Position numbers and translations under genes: made by a program
The notes under the pieces: generated by a model
What the model saw: the letters and a program-made list of their open reading frames with translations, nothing else
Told to the model about the DNA's origin: nothing
Database searches by the model: none
Part shown: in pieces, positions 38,123-49,241 of the stretch
Layout: each line of letters starts with the position of its first letter
How positions within the stretch are numbered: the stretch's first letter is position 1
Assembly: GCA_965218585.1 (NCBI GenBank)
Contig: CBDCLE010000019.1
Span: 96,001 to 160,000 of the forward strand
Reading direction: 5' to 3'
DNA: 64,000 nucleotides
DNA from: Terriglobia bacterium
GTDB lineage: Bacteria > Acidobacteriota > Terriglobia > 20CM-2-55-15

Positions 38123-41100
38123 CGACGTTCCGGATCGGTGAGGGCCTTCCAGGAAGAGTCCTGGAATCGGGAGAGCCCGCATGGATTGCCGATGTGCAAG
38201 CGGATCGGAACTTTCTCCGTAACAGGCTGGCGTTAGATATCGCTGTTCGAAGCGCCTTCGCTTTCCCCGTCAAGGTTCGCGGGAAGACACTGGCGATTCT
38301 GGCATTCTTCACAAATCACCCTCAACCTGAAGACGAGAAGTTTCTCGGTATCGTGAGCAATCTGGGCAAACAACTCGGACGCGTAGTCGAACGTAAGCGA
38401 ATCGAGGAGGCTCTTGGTGCAGAAGAAGAACGATTTCGCACTGTGACCACGGCGGCACAGAACGCAATCGTAATGATTGACCAGATGGGGCAGGTCACGC
38501 TCTGGAATCCGGCAGCTGAGCGGATTTTCGGGTGGTCCGAGTCGGAGACTCTGGGGCGATCGGTGGAAAGCTTTCTTATCCCTCAAGATTACCGGGACGC
38601 TCATCTCCAAGGTTTTGGAAATTACCTGCAGACCGGACGAGAAAAGACCATCGGCAGGACGATGGAACTGGAAGCCTTGACGAAGGAAGGCAAGATCATC
38701 CCGGTAGATCTGTCGTTATCCGGAATTCAACTCAAAGGTGAACGGTGCGCGATCGGAATCTTGAACGACATCACCGAACGAGTCGCGGCCCGCCGTGGCC
38801 TGGAACAGGCCAAGAATGAAGCGACACTCCTCCACCGTGGCAGCGAGATGGCCGCACAGGCCGATTCCGTGGATGATGCCCTGGAACAAGTTATTGATAT
38901 GGTCTGCGAATTGACGGGATGGCTCGGCGGCCACGTTTATCGAGCCTCACCCTCCGACGAGAACGAGCTTGTTTCTACCGGAATCATTCACATTCTTGAT
39001 CCGGAAATACAGGGTTCGCTCGACGAAATAACCCGGCGCACAACCTACAAGGTCGGTGAGGGCCTACCTGGACGAATCTTGGAATCCGGGGAACCCCTCT
39101 GGATTGCCGACTTCAAGAACTTTCCGGAGGGTCCGCGTACCAGAGCTGCACTTGCTGCCGGTATGCGGAGCGCGTTCGGTTTTCCCGTAAAAGTGCGTGG
39201 CCGAACCGTGGCAGTGCTCGAGTTCATCTCCGATCAGCCGCGGCCAGCCGACGAGAGTTTGCTGCGAACTGTGGGACATCTCGGCAAGCAGCTTGGCCGG
39301 GTTCTGGAACGCAAACGCATGCAGGAAGAGTTGCGCGAGGCTAGGGACGAAGCGGAAGCCAACAGGGCAAAAAGCGATTTTCTGGCGCGAATGAGCCACG
39401 AAATCCGGACACCGATGAACGCAATAATCGGTATGGGACACCTGGCGCTTCGGACCGAGCTGACGCCGAAACAACACGATTACGTCAGCAAGATCCAGAT
39501 CTCGTCGCGTTCACTGCTCGGCATCATCAACGACATACTCGAATTTTCAAAGATCGAAGCCGGCAAGCTGGAACTCGAGTCCGTCGAATTCAGCCTCGAA
39601 GAAGTTTTGGACAACGTTTCCAATCTGGTGAGCTTGCAGGCAGAAGAGAAAGGCTTGGAGGTGCTGTTCCAGACCGAAGCGGATGTTCCGATGTCGCTGG
39701 TTGGGGACCCGTTGCGAGTGGGGCAGGTTTTGACGAATCTCTGCAGCAATGCGGTGAAGTTTACAGAACAGGGCGAGATCGTCATAGCGACAAAGGTTGT
39801 CGGAAAGACTGTGGGGAAAACCACACTGCAGTTTTCAGTAAAAGACACCGGGATCGGTTTGACCGCCGAACAGCAATCGCGGTTGTTCGAATCATTCAGT
39901 CAGGCCGACACCACGACGACGCGGCGTTACGATGGGACAGGTCTGGGACTGGCAATCTGCAAGCGGTTGTCGGAGATGATGGGTGGCGAGATCTGGGTGG
40001 AAAGCAAGCCCGGCGCGGGTTCCACCTTTGCCTTCACGGCTTGGTTCGGACGGTCCCAACAGGATGTCCGAGGCGATTTGGTGGCCGGGCCAAGAATGCG
40101 TGATTTGAAGGCCCTTGTCGTCGACGATAACGCGAGTGCGCGTCAAATCCTGAGTGAAACGCTCGAATCCTTTACGCTCAAAGTAACGGCGGTTGAGTCC
40201 GGAGAACGGGCGATCGAGGCACTTGAAGGCGCCACGACTGAAAAACCGTACGACCTGGTTCTCATGGACTGGCGTATGCCTGGAATGGACGGGATTGAAG
40301 CGACCCGCCGGATTAAGCGATCGGAGACATTGAGGGAGATTCCCCACGTACTGATGGTCACAGCTTACGGACGAGAAGAAGTGAGGGCGCAAGCCAGCGC
40401 CGCTGGCGTGGATGCCTTCCTGATAAAGCCTGTCGGTCGGTCTGTTCTTTTCGACACGGTCATGCAACTGTTTGGGCACGAGGTAATGCGGACCCGCCGT
40501 AAGGTTAGAAGGCGCGTTGATATCGAAGGGCTCCGGCATCTGGGTGGGGCAAGGATACTTCTTGTGGAAGACAACGAAATCAATCAGCAGGCGGCTAAGG
40601 AGATCCTCGAGCAAGCGGGTCTGGTCGTCGAGATCGCAGAGAACGGTCGGTTGGGTGTCGAGTCGGTGACTTCAGGTGAATACGATCTAGTCTTGATGGA
40701 TGTCCGGATGCCGAAGATGGATGGGCTTGAGGCGACACGCCGAATCCGAGCGTTGGCTGATGAACTGGAAGAGCCCCGATTCCGCGACCTGCCGATCGTC
40801 GCGATGACCGCAAACGCGATGGCCGGCGATCGAGAAAAGAGTATCGCTGCAGGGATGAACGATCACATCAACAAGCCGATCGATCCCAATGAACTGTTTG
40901 CTGCTCTGACGATATTTATCCAGGCACCCGCGCGGGAAACAGCGACAGGTGAACGCCAACTGGTAGAAGAAGAAACCCACGACTTTCTTGATGTTGCGGC
41001 AATCGATGCCGTCCAGGCCCTGGCACGTATCGGGGGGAACAGGGCTCTCTATACGTCGTTAGTGGAGAAGTTTTCTTTCGATCAGTCGCGTTCGGTTGAC

Positions 41101-41772
41101 GATATTCGATCGGCACTCGAAGGTCAGGATCGTGAATTGGCGGTTCGACTTGCCCACACCCTGAAGGGTGTGGCTGGAAATATCGGGGCGATGGGGTTGT
41201 ATTCGATTGCCGGTTCACTGGAGACCGCGATCCGAGGTCCTTCCCCCGACGCCGTGTCCTCGCATCTGGAAGCCTTACAGGCAGAACTGACGAAGGTGAT
41301 CGATTCCGCCGATCTGCTGATGCAAGAATTACACGAGACGTTGGCAACTGCCGATCCCACGTCTTCGGTAAAAATCAACACTACAGCCAAGATCCTCGTT
41401 GTAGAGGACCACATGATCAACCGGGAAGTTCTTCTTGCTCTGTTGGAAGAACTGGGACTCTCTGCGGATGTCGCCGAAAACGGCAAAGAAGCCTTAGAGA
41501 AGTGCGAAAGCCAGAACTATGACCTGATCCTGAGCGATATCCATATGCCCGAAATGGATGGCATTCAGTTTGTTCATGAGCTTCGGCGTAGAGAAAGAGA
41601 TGGGCTGAGGAGAACGACGGTGATCGCAGTCACGGCGCACGTGACCAAGGATGATGCAGAAAAGACGCTCGCGGAGGGATTCGACGAATGTGTAGCGAAG
41701 CCGGTGGATCCGGAGGTGCTCGAAAAGGTCCTTCGGTCGAACGTTGGTGTGGTTAAGGGAGAGGCTTCATGA
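38104..41772 (+). pseudogene. 5'-truncated hybrid sensor kinase (partial GAF-PAS-GAF-HisKA-HATPase-REC-REC-Hpt-REC)
   Basis: Begins mid-GAF: [25 protein letters not shown] parallels the complete second GAF ([25 protein letters not shown]); [10 protein letters not shown]; three receivers; AHTLKG Hpt. Confidence 0.8.
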
Positions 41773-42968
41773 CCGATCAGCCAGAACCTTCTGGCAATAG
41801 CAACGCGATTGACTTCACACAGTTGGAGCGGACGGTCAAGGATCCGGATCGCCGCAAGAAGATCTTGGAGCAATACGTGACGGGGAATCGATCGGATGTG
41901 CGTGCGCTCAAGGAAGTTGTCGAATCCCGGGATCCGGGCCGGATCCAGCGGGCCGCGCATCGTATCAAGGGTGCGGCAAGAGTCGTGGGAGCCAAGGCGC
42001 TAGCAGACGCAAGTTACACACTCGAACTGGCGGGCCGGAACGGAAATCTCGACGACGTTGAGGAAAAGCTCGATCGTGTCATGGAAGAAATTGCCCGTGT
42101 CGAACGTGAGGTGGGCCGTTCGACTGGATTTCATCTTGCAGATTCCACCTCCACGACCTCGGAGCCTGCTGGCGCACCGGCACAGGACGACACCAGCGCG
42201 CTGATCGTGGAACCGCAGCAGATGCTGGTCGACCTTCTCGTACGGACCCTGAAGAACGCAAAGCTGAACGTAGAGGGCGCGACATCGATAAGGGAAGCAA
42301 CCCGTCTGTTTGAAAAACTCAGGCCCGACCTCGTCGTGGTCGACCCCGAGCTGGAAGGTGCAGCTTCATTTGTTCAGATGATCCGTGGTGGGCTGAAACC
42401 TCCAACCCTGGTGGCCCTGGTGGAATCCGAAGACGCGCGGCAGCCTGCACAGGAATTGGGCATCGAGATTACGGCGGATCGAAGCGCGGGATTGGAATCG
42501 TTGACCACCGCTATCCGCTCTTCTGTGGATCTGGATCTTGCCGTTGAAAGCGGTGAGGAGGGTAGGGAGCGCATCCTTGTCGTGGATGACGATGACACAA
42601 TACGGAAAATCGTAACCGAAAATCTTCGAAGTATGGGCTACGTCGTATCGGGCGCGAGAAGCGGGATAGAAGCATTAGCGACCCTCGCAAACAATAGCGC
42701 GATCAAAGTTGTCCTTATGGACGTGTCGATGCCGGAAATGGGAGGGATGGAGGCGCTCGGTGAGATCGTCAGGAAGCAGCCACACCCGGAAGTGATCATG
42801 TTGACAGGTATCGAAGACAAGGAGATTGCGCAGCAAGCCATTCAGCACGGAGCGTTCGACTACGTCCTGAAATCCTCAGATCTCGCAACTCTCGAATCTA
42901 GTATCACGGCGGCATGCATTCATCACGCAGAGTATCAGAAACGACCGTGGTGGAAGAGGATCCTCTAG
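41769..42968 (+). CDS. Hpt-REC-REC phosphorelay protein
   Basis: AHRIKGAA Hpt motif; degenerate receiver (LIVEP...VVDP); canonical receiver (VVDDD...MDVSMP...LTG...DYVLK). Confidence 0.85.
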   Translation: MTDQPEPSGNSNAIDFTQLERTVKDPDRRKKILEQYVTGNRSDVRALKEVVESRDPGRIQRAAHRIKGAARVVGAKALADASYTLELAGRNGNLDDVEEKLDRVMEEIARVEREVGRSTGFHLADSTSTTSEPAGAPAQDDTSALIVEPQQMLVDLLVRTLKNAKLNVEGATSIREATRLFEKLRPDLVVVDPELEGAASFVQMIRGGLKPPTLVALVESEDARQPAQELGIEITADRSAGLESLTTAIRSSVDLDLAVESGEEGRERILVVDDDDTIRKIVTENLRSMGYVVSGARSGIEALATLANNSAIKVVLMDVSMPEMGGMEALGEIVRKQPHPEVIMLTGIEDKEIAQQAIQHGAFDYVLKSSDLATLESSITAACIHHAEYQKRPWWKRIL

Positions 42969-43062
42969 AGAGCCTAGAGAGCCGATTACATTTTGCTCCG
43001 TTGAAGATCAGTGCGCGGATTCATCTCGACTGCCAATACGATGGATCGGAAATAGTAAGCCA

Positions 43063-44085
43063 ATGAACCAAAACCACCCGAAAGCGAGAATCCTTCTCGT
43101 GGACGATGTCATGGAAAACATTCAGATCGCCGGCACCATTCTCAAAGAGAAGGGCTATCGGTTAAACACCGCGCGCAACGGCAAGCAGGCTCTGGAGGTC
43201 GTCGAGATGACGATTCCGGATCTCATCCTTTTGGACATCATGATGCCGGAAATGGATGGGTATGAATGCTGCGACCAACTAAAGAAGAATGAGAGAACCA
43301 AGGACATTCCGATCATCTTCCTAACCGCAATTACAGAGGCTGCAAAGATCGTGCACGGCCTTGAACATGGGGCTGTCGATTACATCATCAAGCCCTTCAA
43401 TGCGTCAGAACTAGTCTCACGGATCAAAACACACCTCGACCTCCGCCAAGCCCGTCTGGACCTAGAGAGCCTGACTCAAAAAGCTTCTCGATACATTTCT
43501 CCGCATGTCTTTGACGCGATTTTCAAGGGCGAAAAAGATGCCGTGCTTGAAACTGAGCAGAAACGGTTGACAATTCTCTTCTCAGACATTGTTGGGTTCA
43601 CCGAGCGAACGGAGACAATGGGAGACAAAGAGTTGACCCGGTGGTTGAACGACTACTGCGACGAAATGGCCAAACTCGTGCTGCAACATGGTGGCACGCT
43701 TGACAAGTTCATTGGCGACAGTGTCATGGCGTTCTTTGGCGACCCGGTATCCGCTGGTGTGAAGGAAGACGCAGTTTCGTGCATCCGAATGGCCATCGAA
43801 ATGAATCAGGTTGTCGAAGCTATGGGCATCCAGGTTCGAATCGGAGTGAATAGTGGCTCGGCCTACGTGGGAAACTTCGGAACCGAACAGCAAATGAACT
43901 ACACCATAATTGGCAAAGCTGTAAATGCCGCGTCACGTCTTCAAACCTCCTGCGAACCGGGAAAGATTTTGATTTCGCAGACCACTTACGATTTCGTGAA
44001 AGACGATTTCTGGTGCAACGAGCGAGGCCTTATCAAGGTCAAGGGTTTCGCGGACGAAATCATGACTTACTGGGTCAATGGCTGA
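43063..44085 (+). CDS. Response-regulator-fused class III adenylate cyclase
   Basis: N-terminal REC (LVDD, LDIMMP, DYIIKP); FSDIVGFT, DKFIGD, NYTIIGKAVNAASRLQ. Confidence 0.92.
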   Translation: MNQNHPKARILLVDDVMENIQIAGTILKEKGYRLNTARNGKQALEVVEMTIPDLILLDIMMPEMDGYECCDQLKKNERTKDIPIIFLTAITEAAKIVHGLEHGAVDYIIKPFNASELVSRIKTHLDLRQARLDLESLTQKASRYISPHVFDAIFKGEKDAVLETEQKRLTILFSDIVGFTERTETMGDKELTRWLNDYCDEMAKLVLQHGGTLDKFIGDSVMAFFGDPVSAGVKEDAVSCIRMAIEMNQVVEAMGIQVRIGVNSGSAYVGNFGTEQQMNYTIIGKAVNAASRLQTSCEPGKILISQTTYDFVKDDFWCNERGLIKVKGFADEIMTYWVNG

Positions 44086-44217
44086 CCCAATGAACTGAAC
44101 ATCATCAATGAGCTCCGAGAGGAACGCAACGTAGGCCAGAGGTTGTCACACGTCTGAGGGTTCGAGAGGCTCTTCCAGTCTAGGCCTGCGCCGCGCTGTT
44201 TGTTAGGATTTGAGTCT

Positions 44218-45579
44218 ATGCCTCCAACAACCAAACGCTTTGCCTCGGTCCTGTGCGTGATCGGTGTTGTCCTGACACCTGCATTGGCGCAAAACGTCGA
44301 CAGCGAGACTGCGCTCTCTCTACCCTCCCCGCTCGTCTACGAAGAACATCAATTAGACAACGGTCTGAAGGTGATCACACACGAAGATCACTCCACTCCG
44401 GTCGTGAACGTCCAGCTCTGGTATCACGTGGGAGCCAAGAACGAAGTGGAGGGACGGACCGGTTTCGCGCATCTGTTTGAGCACCTCATGTTCCAGGGTT
44501 CGGGGAGCGTGGCTCCCGGCCAACACGACGCCTTGATCAACGGTGTTGGCTGCGTAATGAACGCCTATACCACCGACGACGTCACCGTTTATTGGGAGAC
44601 CGTGCCTTCGAACTATCTGGAGCGTGTTCTCTGGCTCGAGGCCGACCGAATGCGGTCGCTCGACGTTTCGGATGAGAAATTCACCTCCGAGCGGGAGGTG
44701 GTCAAGGAAGAACGCCGTGTACGAGTCGAAAGTCCTCCTTACGGCGATCTCTTCGAAACGCTTTACGCAACCGCTTTCGACGTCCATCCCTACCGCCACA
44801 CTCCAATCGGCAGCATGGAGGACCTGGACAACTCGACAGTCGAAGAGGTCCGCGATTTCTTCGAAACGTATTACGCGCCTTCGAATGCTTACCTCGTCAT
44901 TGCGGGGGATTTTGGCACCGAGCAGGCTATGGCGTGGATTGAAGAATACTTTGGGGATATTCCGTCCGGCCAGGGCACAGTCCCACGCGTTGACGTAAGG
45001 GAACCCGCACATGAAGAGGAACGCCGGATCGTTCGGGAGAAGGCAGTGCCCCTGTCGGCATACGTTGCAGGCTACTACATCCCGGAAGACGGTCATCCAG
45101 ACTCGTATCCTCTCGTGATCGCCTCGAGCATTCTCGCAGAGGGACGCAGTTCACGGATCTACACGTCCCTGGTATACGAAACCCAACTCGCTCTCCAGGC
45201 TGACTCCGGCGCGAGTTTTCGCGAACATCCAAATCTCTTCTTCGCGATCCTGATTATGAACCAGGGGGCCTCGATCGAAGAAGGTGAGTCTGTGATGAAC
45301 GCCGAGTTCGAACGAATGATGGAAGAACCGGTCACCGACGCGGAGCTGGACAAGGCCAAGAATCAAATGCGGGCGTCCTACATTATGGGCCGGCAGTCCG
45401 TCGAGGATAAGGCAGGCGCACTGGGACATGCCGCCGTGATCCACCAGGATACAGCCTCGGCGAACGATGAACTTTCACTCTTCCTGAACGTGACGGCCGA
45501 AGACATCATGCGCGTCGTTCGCCAGTACCTGGATCCCAATAACCGAACCGTTCTCAGCGTGGTACCTCCCGGAGCATAA
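44218..45579 (+). CDS. M16 family zinc peptidase, catalytic subunit
   Basis: Signal peptide; GFAHLFEH inverzincin motif; EREVVKEE. Confidence 0.93.
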   Translation: MPPTTKRFASVLCVIGVVLTPALAQNVDSETALSLPSPLVYEEHQLDNGLKVITHEDHSTPVVNVQLWYHVGAKNEVEGRTGFAHLFEHLMFQGSGSVAPGQHDALINGVGCVMNAYTTDDVTVYWETVPSNYLERVLWLEADRMRSLDVSDEKFTSEREVVKEERRVRVESPPYGDLFETLYATAFDVHPYRHTPIGSMEDLDNSTVEEVRDFFETYYAPSNAYLVIAGDFGTEQAMAWIEEYFGDIPSGQGTVPRVDVREPAHEEERRIVREKAVPLSAYVAGYYIPEDGHPDSYPLVIASSILAEGRSSRIYTSLVYETQLALQADSGASFREHPNLFFAILIMNQGASIEEGESVMNAEFERMMEEPVTDAELDKAKNQMRASYIMGRQSVEDKAGALGHAAVIHQDTASANDELSLFLNVTAEDIMRVVRQYLDPNNRTVLSVVPPGA

Positions 45580-45587
45580 GATCGACG

Positions 45588-47036
45588 ATGCGAAGCCTTC
45601 TCGGTTTGACGATTATCTGCGGCTTCCTTGGTGCCGGTCTCGCCACAGATGCCCAGACGCAGGAACCACCCCCAGCCCAGCCGCTCGGCCGTGTGGACTT
45701 TCCACCGTACGAAGAACGGACACTGGAGAACGGTCTGCGCGTGTTTGCTCTCGAACATGACGAGCAACCGGTTGTCTCGATCCAACTGATCATCGCCGCC
45801 GGGGGCGGCAACGATCCGGAGGAGCTTCCGGGACTCGCAACATTCGCCACAGATCTCCTTATGAGTGGAACAACCACTCGAACAGCGCAGGAAATCGCCG
45901 AAGTGATCGATTCGGCAGGCGGCGACATATCGACGCGTGCGGCTCGAGAGGCCATCATCGTCTCCGCTTCGGTTCTGACAGACAGCACAGACCTGGCATT
46001 CGAATTGTTGCAGGACATCGTGCTCGACCCCGCGTATGCGCCAGAGGAAATCGAACGCCTCCGCCAGCAAACCGCTTCCTCCATGGCCTCAAACCTTCAA
46101 GACCCGAACTTCATCGCCGACACCGTCTTCAACATGGCGCTCTATGGAAACCATCCCTATGGCCATCCGGCTGGTGGGACGCCGGCATCCATCCAAAGCA
46201 TCCAGAGAGACGACATTGTCCGGTACCACGAGACTCACTTTGTGCCCAACAACACGGTCATCGTCGTCGCGGGGGCCTTGGAATCTTCCGAAGCATTCCG
46301 ACTCGTAGAAGAGTGGTTCGGTGCCTGGGAACAACGGGAAACCGAGTCGCTGGACCTCGGGCTGGCCAACACGCTGGACGTCCGACGCATCATCGTTATC
46401 GACAATCCTGAAAGCGTCCAGACTGAGATTCGGGTGGGCCAGACCATGGTCTCGCGAACGGACCCGGAATACTTTCCGATTCTCGTTGCGAGCGATGTCC
46501 TGGGAGGACCACAGGGTCGCATCGGGGATTCCCTGAGAGAGGAACGCGGACTGACCTACGGCGCGTACGAGACGATCATTCCCCGGATCGGACCCGGGAG
46601 CCTCTATGCGGGAACCGAGACCCGGACCGAGGCCACGGTCAAGGCAATCGAACTGATCCTGGCCGAAATAGAAAGACTACAGACCGAGCGAGTCTCCGAA
46701 GACGAATTGGAAGAAGTGAAGGCTTTCCTGATCGGCAGCTTTCCCCTCACGATCGAGACTCCCGACAATCTGGCCGCCCGGCTGGCAAACCTTTCGGTGT
46801 ATGACCTTGGAGCAGACTACCTCGCTACGTATAGAGACGAACTGGCGGCCATCGGCTCAGACGACGTCGCACGGGTCGCGCGTGAACAGATCCGCGACGA
46901 CGCTGTCCTCATCGTGCTCTTCGGAAACGCGGCTGCTTTCCTTGAAGAACTCCAGTCTCTGGGACCGGTTGAAGTGATTCCCCTGTCCGGATTAGATCTG
47001 GATTCGCCCACCCTCGGACTCACCGAGGTGCCCTAA
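45588..47036 (+). CDS. M16 family peptidase, non-catalytic subunit
   Basis: LENGLRV, HPYG, LREERGLTYG; lacks HxxEH. Confidence 0.9.
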   Translation: MRSLLGLTIICGFLGAGLATDAQTQEPPPAQPLGRVDFPPYEERTLENGLRVFALEHDEQPVVSIQLIIAAGGGNDPEELPGLATFATDLLMSGTTTRTAQEIAEVIDSAGGDISTRAAREAIIVSASVLTDSTDLAFELLQDIVLDPAYAPEEIERLRQQTASSMASNLQDPNFIADTVFNMALYGNHPYGHPAGGTPASIQSIQRDDIVRYHETHFVPNNTVIVVAGALESSEAFRLVEEWFGAWEQRETESLDLGLANTLDVRRIIVIDNPESVQTEIRVGQTMVSRTDPEYFPILVASDVLGGPQGRIGDSLREERGLTYGAYETIIPRIGPGSLYAGTETRTEATVKAIELILAEIERLQTERVSEDELEEVKAFLIGSFPLTIETPDNLAARLANLSVYDLGADYLATYRDELAAIGSDDVARVAREQIRDDAVLIVLFGNAAAFLEELQSLGPVEVIPLSGLDLDSPTLGLTEVP

Positions 47037-47043
47037 CCCCTCG

Positions 47044-48378
47044 ATGGGAAGCTCTCCGACCCCGAAAGGCGATCCCGACAATATCTTCGGGTGGTGCATG
47101 TACGACTGGGCCAACTCGGCGTACGTCACGACCGTTTCGGTAGGTTTGCTCGGCGCCTACATGCTCAACGTTGTGGTTCCCGAATCCGGAGTCCGCCTCT
47201 TCGGGATCGACTTCGGCGCAGCGAGTCTGTTTCCGTTTGCGGTTGGCGTTTCCGCAGCCGTCACCTTTCTGATCGCTCCGGTGCTGGGCGCGATCGCCGA
47301 TTTTTCGGGTTCCAAGAAACGCTTCCTGCTGTTCTTCGCTTATATGGGAGCACTGGCAACGATTCCCCTGTACTTCTCAGGAACCGGAGACGTTGTATTC
47401 ACCCTGCTCCTCTTCGTCATAGCCCAGACTGCCTTCGTCGCCGCAAACGTTTTCTACGACGCTTTTCTCCCAAATATCGCATCCGAAGAAAACATGGATC
47501 GCGTCTCGGCAAAGGGATATGCCTATGGCTACGTGGGAGGCGGAATCCAGTTTGCGATGAGTTTGCTGCTGGTTGTTGGATATGAGCAGGTCGGAATAAC
47601 ACAGGAAAGGGCCGTTCAGATCGGTATGGCGACCGCCGGCATCTGGTGGGCCGGTTTCACGCTATTCACCGTCCGCTACCTCAAGGAAGCCCGCACTGAA
47701 ACTCCGTTGCCGAAGGCGTACCTCCAGAGGGGAAGCGTACTCGGATATCTGTCCCTCGGAATCGCACGGACGATTCGAACGACGCGTAAGGTGGGGCAGT
47801 TCCGCCATCTGGTTCTGTTTCTCGTCTCCTTCATGCTCTACAACGACGGAATCCAGACGGTGCTCTTTGTGGCTAACCTGTACGGAGCCGACGAACTTGG
47901 ATTGGGTTATGGCGCGCTGATGGGTACTCTATTAATGATCCAGTTCGTCGCCATAGGCGGGGCTTTTCTCTTCAGCTGGCTGGCCGGCCGCGTCGGCACC
48001 AAGCGCTCGGTCATGCTGACGCTGGTCGTCTGGTCCGTGGCCGTCAGCTATGCCTACTTCATCGAAACAGCGACGGAGTTTTTCATACTGGGCGGCGTCA
48101 TCGGTGTCGTGCTTGGAGGTTCCCAGGCACTGAGCCGGTCTTTCTACGGTTCCATGATTCCGGCCGAGGCAAGTGCGGAATTTTTCGGCTTCTACTCCGT
48201 CTTTTCCAAGTTCTCCGCCATCTGGGGACCGTTCGTTTTTTCTATCATCAATCAGATCACGGGTTCCTCCCGTAACGCGATCGTCTCACTGATCGTATTC
48301 TTCGTTCTCGGGCTCGTACTGCTCTACTTCGTTGATGAAGACAAGGCGCGGCTCCGGGAAGGAGAAACGGCTTTCTGA
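47044..48378 (+). CDS. MFS transporter (UMF1/Atg22-like)
   Basis: WCMYDWANSAY, NVFYDAFLP, YNDGIQT, QALSRS; about 12 TM helices. Confidence 0.9.
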   Translation: MGSSPTPKGDPDNIFGWCMYDWANSAYVTTVSVGLLGAYMLNVVVPESGVRLFGIDFGAASLFPFAVGVSAAVTFLIAPVLGAIADFSGSKKRFLLFFAYMGALATIPLYFSGTGDVVFTLLLFVIAQTAFVAANVFYDAFLPNIASEENMDRVSAKGYAYGYVGGGIQFAMSLLLVVGYEQVGITQERAVQIGMATAGIWWAGFTLFTVRYLKEARTETPLPKAYLQRGSVLGYLSLGIARTIRTTRKVGQFRHLVLFLVSFMLYNDGIQTVLFVANLYGADELGLGYGALMGTLLMIQFVAIGGAFLFSWLAGRVGTKRSVMLTLVVWSVAVSYAYFIETATEFFILGGVIGVVLGGSQALSRSFYGSMIPAEASAEFFGFYSVFSKFSAIWGPFVFSIINQITGSSRNAIVSLIVFFVLGLVLLYFVDEDKARLREGETAF

Positions 48379-48451
48379 GGCAAACAGTAAGAAAGACGTC
48401 TACAACCGTCGTCCGTAACGAGAGACAAATGTAGTCGGCGATGATCGGAAG

Positions 48452-48862
48452 CTATGGCTCGACCACCGAGAGCCAATCCATCCGTTCGAAGTGCTTCGTG
48501 TCGTATGTCAGAACTTGCTTGATACTTGCGTCTCTCAGCATCACGCCGTGAAAGGCATCGATGAAATCGACGTTCTTGATAACGTACAGGTCCAACGCCT
48601 CCAGGACCATGTCGGCCGAAGGACAATCGAGGTTGGGCGTATTGAGGATCTTGCTGACCTTCTCGCTGATATCGGGCTTGGCCAACCGGTAGAACGACTC
48701 AAGGGTCCAGATGATCTCCGCGATAACGAGCAGGCTCGTCTCCAGTCGCACCCTGCCCGCGATTGCCTTCTTAAAGAGGGCCTGAGCTCGCCGGGCTTTT
48801 GAAGGATCGTCGTTAGTCAAGAAACGAAGGAAGACATTGGTATCGACGAAAAAATCAGCCAT
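48452..48862 (-). CDS. PIN-domain toxin (VapC-like)
   Basis: FVDTNVFLR, IAE, DFIDA, TYD acidic PIN tetrad. Confidence 0.9.
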   Translation of the reverse strand: MADFFVDTNVFLRFLTNDDPSKARRAQALFKKAIAGRVRLETSLLVIAEIIWTLESFYRLAKPDISEKVSKILNTPNLDCPSADMVLEALDLYVIKNVDFIDAFHGVMLRDASIKQVLTYDTKHFERMDWLSVVEP

Positions 48863-48863
48863 C

Positions 48864-49106
48864 CTACGCCGTCCTGCCGGCAACATCCTCGCTGGTTGCC
48901 TCGCGCACTTTTTGAAAGTCCTCGGGTCGGTTTGTTGGTTTGACCGAACCTCTGAGTTCCAGTATGTTCCCGCGGAGCACCTTGAGGACGATTTCCTGAT
49001 CGCGCTGGACGAAGAAGACCCGCTGACCTTCCGTTAGGCTGAGCGCGTCACGAATGTCCTTGGGGATCGTCACCTGCCCCTTGCGAGTAACCGTAGATGT
49101 CGACAT
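48864..49106 (-). CDS. AbrB/MazE/SpoVT family antitoxin
   Basis: STVTRKGQVTIPKDIRDAL; immediately upstream of the PIN gene. Confidence 0.92.
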   Translation of the reverse strand: MSTSTVTRKGQVTIPKDIRDALSLTEGQRVFFVQRDQEIVLKVLRGNILELRGSVKPTNRPEDFQKVREATSEDVAGRTA

Positions 49107-49108
49107 GT

Positions 49109-49141
49109 ATTACCTCATTACCTTCTGCATTACATAGTAAT
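49109..49141 (-). promoter_or_regulatory. Candidate toxin-antitoxin operator (ATTAC repeats, ATTAC-ATA-GTAAT palindrome)
   Basis: ATTAC at 49109, 49117 and 49129; inverted repeat 49129-49141 just upstream of the antitoxin start. Confidence 0.45.
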
Positions 49142-49241
49142 TCTAGTCCTACCAAGTAGATCCAGTCAAACAGGAGTCCACAAGAGAGGCCGCAACTCCG
49201 AGAAGGCGAAACGGCTTTCTGATAGCGAATCCCCCGCTTTG

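Noticed and set aside
38123-38312. ORF-track N-terminal extension of the minus-strand kinase (MKNARIAS...)
   Set aside because: It is the reverse complement of the other kinase's GAF domain, not a real N-terminus.
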